From NCBI GenBank assembly GCA_041658785.1, contig JBAZZL010000002.1, positions 1,714 through 65,713 on the forward strand: a stretch of DNA of 64,000 nucleotides. Direction: 5' to 3'. Below are positions 49,317 to 58,538 of the stretch, piece after piece. A model generated the notes under the pieces. It was not told where the DNA came from and made no database searches. It worked only from the letters and a program-made list of their open reading frames with translations. The position numbers and the translations under genes were made by a program. Source of the DNA: Patescibacteria group bacterium (GTDB taxonomy: Bacteria; Patescibacteriota; Patescibacteriia; Magasanikbacterales; UBA922). Positions within the stretch are counted from its first letter, which is position 1. Each line of letters starts with the position of its first letter.

Positions 49317-49372
49317 TGGCTCCCTCTGTAGGACTCGAACCTACAACATCTACGTTAACAGTCCCGATAAAA
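49317..49372 (-). other. tRNA 3'-half fragment (anticodon-arm remnant + T-arm + acceptor 3' strand + CCA), directly abutting tRNA-Asn
   Basis: Minus-strand read ..GGGACTGTTAACGTAGATGTTGTAGGTTCGAGTCCTACAGAGGGAGCCA. No matching 5' acceptor/D-arm. Confidence 0.4.
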
Positions 49373-49447
49373 GCTCCGAGAGCAGGGTTCGAACCTGCGA
49401 CATCCGCGTTAACAGCGCGGCGTTCTACCACTGAACTATCTCGGAGC
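49373..49447 (-). tRNA. tRNA-Asn (GTT)
   Basis: Minus strand GCTCCGAGATAGTTCAGTGGTAGAACGCCGCGCTGTTAACGCGGATGTCGCAGGTTCGAACCCTGCTCTCGGAGC. Confidence 0.8.
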
Positions 49448-49491
49448 GCTTATCGGGATTCTACCTTTGAACTACAGGGGAATAATATGCA

Positions 49492-49513
49492 AAACCCGCC
49501 TTTTCAGCGGGTT
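49492..49513. terminator. bidirectional terminator hairpin between tRNA-Asn and recO
   Basis: AAACCCGCC-TTTTCAG-CGGGTTT with flanking T/A runs. Confidence 0.5.
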
Positions 49514-49609
49514 TGTTAGTTTTGGATAAAATGCAAAACTACCCGCTGATTAGCTGTTTATTATTGTTATTATTATTGTGGAGCAAGTATTGCATATAAA
49601 AACAATCTA

Positions 49610-50404
49610 TCATGAATTAAGCCTCTTGTCAAATTTCTGCCAGTCAAAAATTTTTCTCTCACTGTGAAAAACCGTGTACTCTTGCACTAAATTATGCAAT
49701 GAATCCGCCTCATCCCCCTTAAATTTCAAATTATTAATTAACTGCCAATCCCCCTCCAAAAGCAATCGTAAATTCTTCGCCTGCTCCGCGTTACAATTCA
49801 AAATCCGTTCCCCCAATTTTTCTTTTTTCTCCCGGCAAACTTTACAAATAACCCCTCCCCCAGCCGGATACAAATCCGCTATTTCTTCAATCCCGCACAC
49901 CACACAGATCTTTAGCTCCGGCGCAAAACCTAAATAATTTAGTAATTTAATGATAAAACCATCCACCAGTACAGGCGCATTGCAATGCGCCTCAACTAAC
50001 GCATTGCAATGCGTCTCAACTAACGCATTGCAATGCGTCTCAACTGAAGCAATAAATTCCAACCAACTTTTCAACAAATCAAAAATCCTCTCCTCCCTTT
50101 CTCCTGTATGCGTTAATTTATCAACCACAGAAACCAGATAACTGGCAGCTAAACTTTTCTCAGCATTTTTTCTAACGCTTGAAAAAAACTCTACCGGCTG
50201 TACTTTGGTCAGATGATCTATTTCCTTGCCTTTTTCCACCACGATATCAACCAAAGAAAACGGCTCAAGATGAGCCGAATTTTTGCTGGTTATTTTTTTC
50301 ACTCCGCGCGCGAGCAGTTCAAGCTTGCCTTGATCTTTCGTGAAAAGGGAAATGATCTGGTCTGACTCGCGGAAATCTCGCCGGGATAATATAATTGAAA
50401 GCAT
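49610..50404 (-). CDS. recO: DNA repair protein RecO with 24-nt x3 in-frame tandem repeat
   Basis: N-terminal OB fold. CxxC...CxxC zinc motif. Repeat VETHCNAL x3 at 49970-50045. Confidence 0.8.
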   Translation of the reverse strand: MLSIILSRRDFRESDQIISLFTKDQGKLELLARGVKKITSKNSAHLEPFSLVDIVVEKGKEIDHLTKVQPVEFFSSVRKNAEKSLAASYLVSVVDKLTHTGEREERIFDLLKSWLEFIASVETHCNALVETHCNALVEAHCNAPVLVDGFIIKLLNYLGFAPELKICVVCGIEEIADLYPAGGGVICKVCREKKEKLGERILNCNAEQAKNLRLLLEGDWQLINNLKFKGDEADSLHNLVQEYTVFHSERKIFDWQKFDKRLNS

Positions 50405-50459
50405 ATAAGCATAATAAGCAATAAGCAGAGTAAGCAGTAAGTATCCGTGCTTACTTTGC

Positions 50460-50879
50460 TTATTGCTTACTCTGCTTACTCTGCTCCAAATATGATTGCA
50501 GAATCACCATCGCCGCTTTCTCATCTCTACTCACCGTTCCTCCCATCGCATCCGCCTGCCTCGAAGTAAACCTCTCGTCAACGAATTCAATTGGTAAGTC
50601 AATTCGTTTTTTTAATTCTTTCACGAACGCTTGAACAATTTTTGTGTTCTCATTCTCTTTTCCATCCAAACCAATCGGCAACCCCACGACAATTTTATCT
50701 ATCTTTTCTTTGGCAATCAAATCTGAAATCTGTCCCGCCAAAACGGGATCCCGCTCGCTGCGGGAAATTCTGAAATCTGAAATCAAAAATTGGCCAAATG
50801 GCAAAACAACCCCAAGGCCAGTCTCCACCCAAGCCAATCCAATATTTTTTCTGCCGTAATCAATGCCGAGTATATTCAT
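50460..50879 (-). CDS. ruvX: YqgF/RuvX-family Holliday-junction resolvase-like nuclease, with in-frame GGGATCCCG element
   Basis: MNILGIDYGRKNIGLA N-terminus. Insert at 50741-50768 encodes RSERDPV. Confidence 0.85.
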   Translation of the reverse strand: MNILGIDYGRKNIGLAWVETGLGVVLPFGQFLISDFRISRSERDPVLAGQISDLIAKEKIDKIVVGLPIGLDGKENENTKIVQAFVKELKKRIDLPIEFVDERFTSRQADAMGGTVSRDEKAAMVILQSYLEQSKQSKQ

Positions 50880-50955
50880 AATTTAATGGGTTAGGGTAAG
50901 AGTAAAAAAGCCTGAAAAAATCCGGCATCCTAACCCTTGCCCAAACACTCTAACA

Positions 50956-51810
50956 TCATCTTTCGTTAGGCCGCCGAGTGACTACGCGCGGTTTGCCCTC
51001 CGTAATAATAACCGTATGCTCAAAATGCGCGCATAAACTTTTATCCAATGTTGATATGCTCCAACCATCATCCGCCACGCCGATTTTATAATCCCCCATC
51101 GTCACCATCGGCTCTATCGCGATTACCACGCCCGGCTCTAATTTCCAATTTTCTAAATTCTTATCATAATAATTCGGCACTCTCGGCTCCTCGTGCACCG
51201 CGTGCCCAACTCCATGCCCCACCAGATCCCGCACCACCCCAAACCCAAACTGCTCAACATAGTTTTGAATCGCTTTACCGATATCCGCTATAGTATTACC
51301 TACTACACATTTTTCAATCCCAATCTCCAATGCCTGCTTAGTCACTTCCAGTAATTTCTTCGTTGCCTTCGTCACCTTCCCCGCTGCCACGGTAATTGAA
51401 GTATCCGTAAACAACCCCCGTCCCCCATTCCCCTTTCCCCGTCCCACCGGGTATTCCATTCCAATATCAATACTCACAATATCGCCTTTTTTAACAACTT
51501 TCTCTTTATTGGCAATCCCGTGAACCAAATCCTCGTTAATACAAAAACAAACCGCGGTCGGAAACGGCGGATCGTTTTTTTTTCCTTGATAACCTTTAAA
51601 TGAAGGCAGACCGCCCGCTTTTTTTATCAACCTCTCTGCTTCGTCGTCAATTTCTTTGGCATTAACGCCCGGTTTAATCATTTTCGCTAACTTTGCTAAA
51701 ATCCGGCCAAGAATCTCGCCGCCTGCTTGTATTATCTTAACCTCCTCGGGTGTTTTTAGATACGCCATACGTTCATTACAATTTACCCCTCCAATCCGGC
51801 GGGCAAGCAA
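50956..51810 (-). CDS. map: type I methionine aminopeptidase
   Basis: Metal ligands D, D, H, E, E in the characteristic order. Likely start at MAYLK (51765). Confidence 0.9.
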   Translation of the reverse strand: MLARRIGGVNCNERMAYLKTPEEVKIIQAGGEILGRILAKLAKMIKPGVNAKEIDDEAERLIKKAGGLPSFKGYQGKKNDPPFPTAVCFCINEDLVHGIANKEKVVKKGDIVSIDIGMEYPVGRGKGNGGRGLFTDTSITVAAGKVTKATKKLLEVTKQALEIGIEKCVVGNTIADIGKAIQNYVEQFGFGVVRDLVGHGVGHAVHEEPRVPNYYDKNLENWKLEPGVVIAIEPMVTMGDYKIGVADDGWSISTLDKSLCAHFEHTVIITEGKPRVVTRRPNER

Positions 51811-52538
51811 TTACTATTTACCAACAACCGCCCAATCTCCTTTTCCACTTCCTCCATTGTTTTGCCCCCATCCACTCGCTTCAATACACCCCGCTTGTTA
51901 TAATAATCCAAAATTCCCCTAATCGCTTCATTACCCTGATCAATGATCCGTTTTTTAATCACTTCTTCGCTATCATCCGGGCGCGGTTTGATTTCCCCGC
52001 CGCACTTGGGGCAGACGGTTAAACTGTAAGTAGCCGGAATCCAAGGAATTATCTCTCCACACGCCACGCACATCCGACGTTGGGTTAATCGATTGAATGA
52101 TTCTTCATCAGACAAGGCGATTTCTAATACCAAAACATCCTTAGCTAAATTCTTTTCTGTAAAAAATTCTTGATATTTTTTCGCTTGATCCAAATTTCTA
52201 ATCGCGCCGTCCAAAACCACGCCATTGCCTTGGTTTAAATATTTTTCAATTTCTTGAAATGCCAACTTATAAATCAACTTGTCGGCGACCAATTTACCCG
52301 CTTTCATGTTGGCAAGCATTTTTTTATCTTCCGGCTCGGCGTTCGGGTTGGCGTCCAACGCGCGCAACAAATCGCCGGTGGAGATGTGGCCGTAATCATG
52401 CTTCTCGACAATTTTCTTTGCTTGGGTGCCCTTGCCGCTGCCGGGTGCGCCCATGAGAATTATCACTTTCTTCATAGACCAAAATTTAACCAAATTATCC
52501 CAAATTACATGAAATCTATTTTGAGAAATACTCAACAA
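51783..52538 (-). CDS. adk: adenylate kinase with zinc-binding lid
   Basis: GAPGSGKGTQ P-loop. CxxC..CxxC lid. Likely start MKKVII (52475). Confidence 0.9.
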   Translation of the reverse strand: MLSISQNRFHVIWDNLVKFWSMKKVIILMGAPGSGKGTQAKKIVEKHDYGHISTGDLLRALDANPNAEPEDKKMLANMKAGKLVADKLIYKLAFQEIEKYLNQGNGVVLDGAIRNLDQAKKYQEFFTEKNLAKDVLVLEIALSDEESFNRLTQRRMCVACGEIIPWIPATYSLTVCPKCGGEIKPRPDDSEEVIKKRIIDQGNEAIRGILDYYNKRGVLKRVDGGKTMEEVEKEIGRLLVNSNCLPAGLEG

Positions 52539-52800
52539 AAACCCTCATCAGTCCATCCCGATCGTACTGGCTGATTTTATTATTGTTTTTTAAGCCAGCC
52601 AATGCCTCGTAAATCTGCCGCAGAGAAATCTTACCATCGCCGCGCCGCTTGTCAATAATTGTCCGTTCCACCAATTCCACCTCGCCTGCTGCAAGAGTTC
52701 GGACATCCGTCTGCGAAACCATTCTCTTGATGTCAAACTCCGACAATTGTTTTTCCTCTTTTGAATATTTGTCCCCGGGTGAACCAAATAAAAATCCCAT
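52516..52800 (-). CDS. hypothetical protein between secY and adk
   Basis: 94-aa ORF. No motif recognised. Confidence 0.3.
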   Translation of the reverse strand: MGFLFGSPGDKYSKEEKQLSEFDIKRMVSQTDVRTLAAGEVELVERTIIDKRRGDGKISLRQIYEALAGLKNNNKISQYDRDGLMRVFVEYFSK

Positions 52801-52941
52801 ATGTTTTAAGTTAAAAATTAGCTTAGATTAGCCAAATTAGTATAACACTTGATTGATGCTTCGTCAAATATCAAAAACCCGCCAACAGGCGGATGATAAT
52901 TCGTATCTTGTGTTTCGTGTTACGTGCCTCGTGCCTCGTGA

Positions 52942-54240
52942 TTAAACTCGATCGTACTCATGCATTGTCAGCTGCGCTTCAATCTGCTTGAAAATATCAA
53001 TTGCCACCGCAACAACGATAAGCAAACTGGTGCCGCCAATAGCCAAACTATTTGTTCCGGTAAAGCCCTGCAAGATAAGCGGCAGTATCGCAATCATACC
53101 CAGGAATAAAGCGCCAATTAAGACAATTCTATTCATGGTCTTGCCAATATACTCCTCTGTCTGCTTCCCCGGCCGAATACCGGGAATAAAACCTCCTTGC
53201 CTCTGCAAATTTTCCGCAACTTTATTGGGATGAAAAATAACTGCAGTATAAAAATAGGTAAAACAAAAAACAAGAAGAAAATAAAATATTCCATAAAACC
53301 ACTGATTCTGAAAAATATAGATAATCTGCCTGGCAATGTTCGCCAACCTTCCGCCGCTATTTACAAAAAACTGCGCGACCGTTGGAGGGAATAAAATAAC
53401 TGAAATAGCAAAAATGATTGGGATAACGCCGGCAGTGTTTACTCTAAGCGGCAGATGCGACTGGGCGCCTCCATAACCGCCGTGAGCGCCATGCGCCATT
53501 CTGGCATAACTAACAGGTATATTACGTTGTCCTTCACTAATAATTACCACTCCGACGACCGTTACAATCGCAATTACCAAAAACATAATGTATGTATACA
53601 AATCGGATGGATTGTAGTTTACAAGTAAATTCTGCAAGGCCCCGGGAAGGGCGGCTATAATACCGGCAAAAATCAACAACGAGATGCCATTCCCAATATT
53701 TCTTTCTGTAATAAGTTCGCCGATCCACATTAAAAAAATGGTTCCGGCTGTGACGGTAATCATAATCGCCGCCAACCGATATGCGCTAAAATCCGGGATA
53801 ATATTGGTTTGTGTCTGTCCCAAAAGCTTGATCAGACCAAAGGCCTGCAGCAGCGCAAGCGGCACCGCGGCAATCCGCGTATAATTGTTAATTCTGCGCC
53901 GTCCTGCCTCGCCTTCCTTCTGCATCTCCTCCAGTTGCGGAACTACCATCGCCAACAATTGGAAGATAATGGAAGAGGTAATATACGGAGCAACACCAAG
54001 CATAGCAATAGAAAAATTCTCAATAGTACCCCCAGAAAAAATATTCAATAGCCCCAAAATTTGATTGCCTGCCAAAAAGCTTCGCAAAGCCGCCACATCT
54101 ACGCCCGGAATTGGGATATGAGCAACCGCTCTAAAAATAACAAGCATCCCCAAAACAAAAAGGATGCTATTGCGAAGACTTTTAATTTTCCAAATACGTT
54201 GAATTTTTTCCCACATACAGTTATAAAATACAAGATACAT
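52942..54240 (-). CDS. secY: preprotein translocase subunit SecY
   Basis: 10-TM pattern. Position after rplO. Confidence 0.9.
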   Translation of the reverse strand: MYLVFYNCMWEKIQRIWKIKSLRNSILFVLGMLVIFRAVAHIPIPGVDVAALRSFLAGNQILGLLNIFSGGTIENFSIAMLGVAPYITSSIIFQLLAMVVPQLEEMQKEGEAGRRRINNYTRIAAVPLALLQAFGLIKLLGQTQTNIIPDFSAYRLAAIMITVTAGTIFLMWIGELITERNIGNGISLLIFAGIIAALPGALQNLLVNYNPSDLYTYIMFLVIAIVTVVGVVIISEGQRNIPVSYARMAHGAHGGYGGAQSHLPLRVNTAGVIPIIFAISVILFPPTVAQFFVNSGGRLANIARQIIYIFQNQWFYGIFYFLLVFCFTYFYTAVIFHPNKVAENLQRQGGFIPGIRPGKQTEEYIGKTMNRIVLIGALFLGMIAILPLILQGFTGTNSLAIGGTSLLIVVAVAIDIFKQIEAQLTMHEYDRV

Positions 54241-54354
54241 GGATCAACACACAATATACATTGAGAAAAATACAAAATCAAATTTACTAATTGTTTTGAA
54301 TTACGAAATGTCATTGTCTATCATTCCATGTATATTGTAGTATATTGTATTTTG

Positions 54355-54801
54355 TTAAAAAGTAATCGTTCCTCCCGCTTTCTCTATCAATTCTATCGCC
54401 TTTTTGCTGGCAATACAATGCCTGATTTCCAATTTCTTCTTAAGCTCGCCTGAAGCAACAATTTTGACACCATTTAGCGACGAGCGCACTACACCTTTTT
54501 TGGCAAGTAACACCGGAGTTACTTTCTCCTCTTCAGAACAAACACGTTCAAGTGTGGCAAGAGTAACTACTCCTTTTTTCGGATATAAACTATTAAAACC
54601 GCGGAGTTTGGGAACCTTTTGCAATGATTGTTTGAACCCTAGCCGCTTCAAACCGCCTTTTCCGCCGGATCTTGCTTTTTGTCCTTTCAGCCCGCGCGCC
54701 GCATAAGTACCCTTTCCAGAGGCATTACCGCGACCCACACGCTTTGACTTCTTTTGTGATCCTCGTGCTGGCTTAATTGTATTTGGCGCTAAAGATGTCA
54801 T
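54355..54801 (-). CDS. rplO: 50S ribosomal protein L15
   Basis: Gly/Arg/Lys-rich N-terminus. 148 aa. Directly follows rpsE (no L30 gene). Confidence 0.85.
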   Translation of the reverse strand: MTSLAPNTIKPARGSQKKSKRVGRGNASGKGTYAARGLKGQKARSGGKGGLKRLGFKQSLQKVPKLRGFNSLYPKKGVVTLATLERVCSEEEKVTPVLLAKKGVVRSSLNGVKIVASGELKKKLEIRHCIASKKAIELIEKAGGTITF

Positions 54802-54805
54802 ATCT

Positions 54806-55486
54806 TTATGTTGGGTTAAAGTCTATTTCTTTTTTTTGTTCTCTGTTCTCTTGATTTTCCAGCTTTATATCCTTTATATCTTTTGTAATATCTGTAATAT
54901 CCTCATTACCCGCATTCAATTTATCTTTCTTTTTTTCGTCTTTCCTTTGTTCAAATCTCTTATCAACAATTTTTGCTTTTTGCAAAAACGACTGCAAGGC
55001 CTTAAAAGTCGCCTTTACATTTACGACTTTATTGTTAGATCTGCCCATCATCTTTGCCGATGCGTTTGGCACCCCTGCCAACTCAAGCACTGTCCGAATT
55101 GAGCTGCCGGCAATAATGCCAGAACCTTGCGGCGCCGGCTTTATCATTACTCGGCCAGCTTTGAACTTGGCTTCTACACGGTGCGGAATTGTCTTTTTTT
55201 CAATTGGAACATAAATCATCGCCTTCTTTGCTTGATTCACGGCTTTTTCAACAGCAATCTGTACGTCCTTTCCTTTGTCCAAACCATAACCTACTCTGCC
55301 CTTGCGGTCGCCAATAACCACACAGGCGCGAAAACTTAACTGCTTGCCTCCTTTGGTAACACGGGTAACACGCGCCAAATCAACAATGTGCTGGTCAAAT
55401 TCAGGTTTTTCTTTTTTAAATCTTTTTCCATCTCTGGACTTTCCTTTTCCTTGTGCCATACTTTTAATTATTAATTTTAACAACAA
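54806..55486 (-). CDS. rpsE: 30S ribosomal protein S5 with Lys/Glu-rich C-terminal extension
   Basis: dsRBD and S5 C-terminal motifs. About 50 extra C-terminal residues. Confidence 0.85.
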   Translation of the reverse strand: MLLKLIIKSMAQGKGKSRDGKRFKKEKPEFDQHIVDLARVTRVTKGGKQLSFRACVVIGDRKGRVGYGLDKGKDVQIAVEKAVNQAKKAMIYVPIEKKTIPHRVEAKFKAGRVMIKPAPQGSGIIAGSSIRTVLELAGVPNASAKMMGRSNNKVVNVKATFKALQSFLQKAKIVDKRFEQRKDEKKKDKLNAGNEDITDITKDIKDIKLENQENREQKKEIDFNPT

Positions 55487-55498
55487 AAAATACTTTAA

Positions 55499-55873
55499 TT
55501 AGAATAACAAACCATTCTCTCTTGCTCCTTCGGCCAATGCCTTGATTTTGCCGTGGTATTTATAACCAGCTCTGTCAAAGACAACAGTCTCTATTTTCAA
55601 AATCTTTGCTTTTTCCGCCAAAAGCTTGCCTAGCAAATATGCCTGCGCCACCTTTCCTTTTCGTTCTCCGGCATCACCCTGAACCTCGGCGGTTTTGCTG
55701 TTCAAAGCCGCGAGCGTCTTCCCTTCTTGATCATCAATAAGCTGAATATACATGCCGTTCAAGCTGCGGTGTATATTCAATCTGGGCTTTTCTGCTGTAC
55801 CAGAAATCTTTGCTCGCACTCTCAATCGCCGGCGCTCTCTTCTTTCGCGCTTTGTGATGCGTTTTTTATTCAT
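55499..55873 (-). CDS. rplR: 50S ribosomal protein L18
   Basis: 124 aa. Sequence and operon position. Confidence 0.85.
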   Translation of the reverse strand: MNKKRITKRERRERRRLRVRAKISGTAEKPRLNIHRSLNGMYIQLIDDQEGKTLAALNSKTAEVQGDAGERKGKVAQAYLLGKLLAEKAKILKIETVVFDRAGYKYHGKIKALAEGARENGLLF

Positions 55874-55916
55874 ACTTCTTTTTATAAATGATATAAATCA
55901 AAAAAACAAAATATGA

Positions 55917-56471
55917 TTAAGCCCCGGCCGTCTTGCCAGCCACCTTGCCGGCCTTTCTCCGGACTACTTCATCAAGATACTTGATGCCTTTGCCTTTATA
56001 CGGCTCTGGCTTGCGAACTGATCTAACCTCTGCGGCGACCTGGCCCAAAAGTTCCTTATCAGCGCTTTCAAGTGTAATGATATTTTTTTCTACCGCCACG
56101 CTCATCCCTTTCGGCATTTCAAATATTATTGGATGGGAAAAACCAACTTCTATTTTCAAATCTTTCCCCTGTAATGAAATCTTGTATCCAACCCCATTGA
56201 TTTCCAATTGTTTTTTGAATCCCTCTGAAACGCCAGTGATCATATTCTTTATGTGGGAAGCAAACGTGCCCCACAACGCGCGCTCTTTCTTCTCCTCTTT
56301 GTTTACTACATCACAAGTAACGGTACTGCCATCATTGACATTAACCGCAACCAATGGATTGAGTACTCGCTTCAATTCGCCTTTTGGCCCCTTTACCGCG
56401 ACAAAACCATCTTTTACTTCAACAGTTACGCCTTGAGGGATGTGAATTGTTTGTTTTCCAATTCTTGACAT
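55917..56471 (-). CDS. rplF: 50S ribosomal protein L6
   Basis: Two-domain L6 pattern. 184 aa. Confidence 0.9.
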   Translation of the reverse strand: MSRIGKQTIHIPQGVTVEVKDGFVAVKGPKGELKRVLNPLVAVNVNDGSTVTCDVVNKEEKKERALWGTFASHIKNMITGVSEGFKKQLEINGVGYKISLQGKDLKIEVGFSHPIIFEMPKGMSVAVEKNIITLESADKELLGQVAAEVRSVRKPEPYKGKGIKYLDEVVRRKAGKVAGKTAGA

Positions 56472-56486
56472 ACAAATATTATAATC

Positions 56487-56600
56487 CTAATATTATTATC
56501 CTAATCTGCAAATTTCCGAATACCGCGAATATCTTAATAATTTTTTATTTCATTTGTTATTATTAGGATATTCGCAGATTCGGATGGAATTCGTTGTATT
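56487..56600. repeat. imperfect long palindrome (CGAATATCCGAAT family) in rplF-rpsH spacer
   Basis: Shares ATTCGGATATTCG motifs with the 12974-13025 palindrome. Confidence 0.4.
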
Positions 56601-56609
56601 CGGATTATA

Positions 56610-56999
56610 TTAATATACTGAACAAATAACCTCTCCTCCCACCCTTTCTTTCCTTGCCTGTTTATTGGTCATCAAACCTCTGGGGGTGGACACGATTGCA
56701 ATGCCATAATCATTTAATACGCGCGGCATGTCGCAGGCTTTTTTATAAATCCTATGTCCAGGCGTGCTTTCACGCTTTATTGACTGGATCGCGGGAATTT
56801 TTCCATTATATTTCAATTTCAACACCAATTTGGAATGCGTCCCTTCGACTTTTTTAACCTCATCAACATATCCTTCATGATTCAAAATATCAGCAACCGC
56901 CTTCTTTATTTTAGAAAAAGGAAGCTCCACAGCGCCCTTGCGCGCCAGCTGTGCGTTTCTTATTCGAGTTAACATGTCGGCAATTGGATCAGTCATCAT
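56610..56999 (-). CDS. rpsH: 30S ribosomal protein S8
   Basis: MMTDPIADMLTRIRNA N-terminus. Confidence 0.9.
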   Translation of the reverse strand: MMTDPIADMLTRIRNAQLARKGAVELPFSKIKKAVADILNHEGYVDEVKKVEGTHSKLVLKLKYNGKIPAIQSIKRESTPGHRIYKKACDMPRVLNDYGIAIVSTPRGLMTNKQARKERVGGEVICSVY

Positions 57000-57015
57000 A
57001 ATATTTTACACTTAA

Positions 57016-57212
57016 TCACTTTAACACTTTAGCACTTTAACACTTTAGCACTTGAGCACTTTAACACTTTAGCACTTGAGCACTTTAACACTTTAGCACT
57101 TGAGCACTTTAACACTTTAGCACTTTAGCACTTGAGCACTTTAACGCTGAGGCACTTTTCCAATTTACTTGGGAATAAATCGTGCTAAAGTGCTTCAGTG
57201 CTAAAGTGCTTA
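57016..57212. repeat. 24-nt tandem array (CACTTTAA-CACTTTAG-CACTTGAG, ~5.5 units) with inverted tail, between rpsZ and rpsH
   Basis: Direct units 57016-57150. Inverted copies 57182-57212 can pair back onto the array. Confidence 0.7.
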
Positions 57213-57219
57213 GGCGATT

Positions 57220-57405
57220 TTACCAGCTGGACTTTCTGACACCTGGCAATTTGCCTTGGTTTGCCAGCTCGCGAAAACAAATACGACACATATTAAACTT
57301 TCTCATATAGCCGCGCTTTCTGCCGCATTTCCAACAACGTCTGACTATTCTTGTGCTAAACTTTGGTTTTCTATTTGATTTTGCAATTTGTGACTTTTTC
57401 GCCAT
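57220..57405 (-). CDS. rpsZ: 30S ribosomal protein S14 type Z (zinc-binding)
   Basis: 61 aa. CxxC...CxxC. Confidence 0.85.
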   Translation of the reverse strand: MAKKSQIAKSNRKPKFSTRIVRRCWKCGRKRGYMRKFNMCRICFRELANQGKLPGVRKSSW

Positions 57406-57425
57406 ACAAATTATGTAAATTTACA

Positions 57426-57971
57426 TCATCTTTCACTAAACGGAAATCCCAGCGCCTTTAGCAGCGCCAGTCCTTCTTCTTTATTCTTGGCAGTAGTGGT
57501 GATAACGATTTCTAAACCATGAATCTTATCGACCGCTTCGCTTGAAATTTCAGGAAACGCGATATTCTCTTTCAAACCAAGGGTATAATTACCTTTTTTA
57601 TCAAAACTCTTTGGACTGATTCCACGAAAATCCCGGACTCGAGGCAATGTAACGCTAATTAACTTATCAACAAAATAATACATCATTTTCCCACGAAGTG
57701 TAACTGATGCGCCGACATCCATGCCTTGCCGGATCTTAAAGTTCGAAATAGCCTTTTTTGCCTTATTATGGATCGGCTTCTGTCCGGTGATTGATGCTAA
57801 TGTTTTCTCTACATTTTCAATAAAAGCGCTCTCTTTCGCGTGCCGGCCATACCCGACATTCACCGTTACCTTCTGAATTCTTGGGACTTGCATAATATTT
57901 TTATACCCAAGCTGATCCTTAAGCGCGGGAGCTATTTGTTCTTTGTATTGTTTGTACAATCTCGATTGCAT
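57426..57971 (-). CDS. rplE: 50S ribosomal protein L5
   Basis: 181 aa. L5 signature. Confidence 0.9.
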   Translation of the reverse strand: MQSRLYKQYKEQIAPALKDQLGYKNIMQVPRIQKVTVNVGYGRHAKESAFIENVEKTLASITGQKPIHNKAKKAISNFKIRQGMDVGASVTLRGKMMYYFVDKLISVTLPRVRDFRGISPKSFDKKGNYTLGLKENIAFPEISSEAVDKIHGLEIVITTTAKNKEEGLALLKALGFPFSER

Positions 57972-57974
57972 ATT

Positions 57975-58045
57975 AATCTAGTTCATGGTTCTCAGCCAAT
58001 AGCTATTAGTTATTTTGCAAAATTTTATTGGCTACAAATTATTGG
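57975..58045. repeat. imperfect palindrome of TAGTTCAnGGTTCnCAGCCAATAG family
   Basis: Related to 61752-61828. Confidence 0.4.
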
Positions 58046-58066
58046 CTTTGAACTGCCGGCTTAATC

Positions 58067-58387
58067 CTAATCAATAAATTCTCCGCTCCGTTTTGCGACT
58101 CTCTTTTTATCTTCACCTTCAATGACAAAACCGACACGGGTTGGCTTCCCTGATTTTGGATCAATCAGCATTACATTGCTGATATCAATCGGAGCAGACA
58201 ACTCTATTGTCTGCCCTTTCTGGCCGCGCTGGCGCGGACGCAGATGCTTTTTTAATATATTAATACCCTCTACAACCGCATATCTTCTATTTGTATTTTT
58301 ATTTGTTAATACCTGAATGACCTTGCCGGTTTTCCCGCGTTCTTTTCCTGATAATACTTTTATTTTGTCTCCAGTTTTAATTTTCAT
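58067..58387 (-). CDS. rplX: 50S ribosomal protein L24
   Basis: KOW motif. 106 aa. Confidence 0.85.
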   Translation of the reverse strand: MKIKTGDKIKVLSGKERGKTGKVIQVLTNKNTNRRYAVVEGINILKKHLRPRQRGQKGQTIELSAPIDISNVMLIDPKSGKPTRVGFVIEGEDKKRVAKRSGEFID

Positions 58388-58488
58388 AATTTGTTGATTC
58401 GAATCAGCTGATATACTCCCTTGCTCTATTTAATTTCAATTTTGAATTTTATCCATACATTATTATTCTATTAAGATTCAGCTAAAAA

Positions 58489-58538
58489 ACCAATTTCCAA
58501 TTTCCAATTTCTAATTTCTAATTTCTAATTTCCAATTA
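58489..58538. repeat. heptamer tandem array (TTCCAAT/TTCTAAT)n in rplN-rplX spacer
   Basis: ccaatttccaatttccaatttctaatttctaatttctaatttccaatt. Confidence 0.65.

Noticed and set aside
49141-49519. Three overlapping ORFs (49141-49431 minus, 49168-49434 plus, 49247-49519 plus)
   Set aside because: They cover tRNA-Asn and the tRNA fragment. The peptides (GLEPTTS, GFEPATS) are the usual translation of tRNA T-arms.
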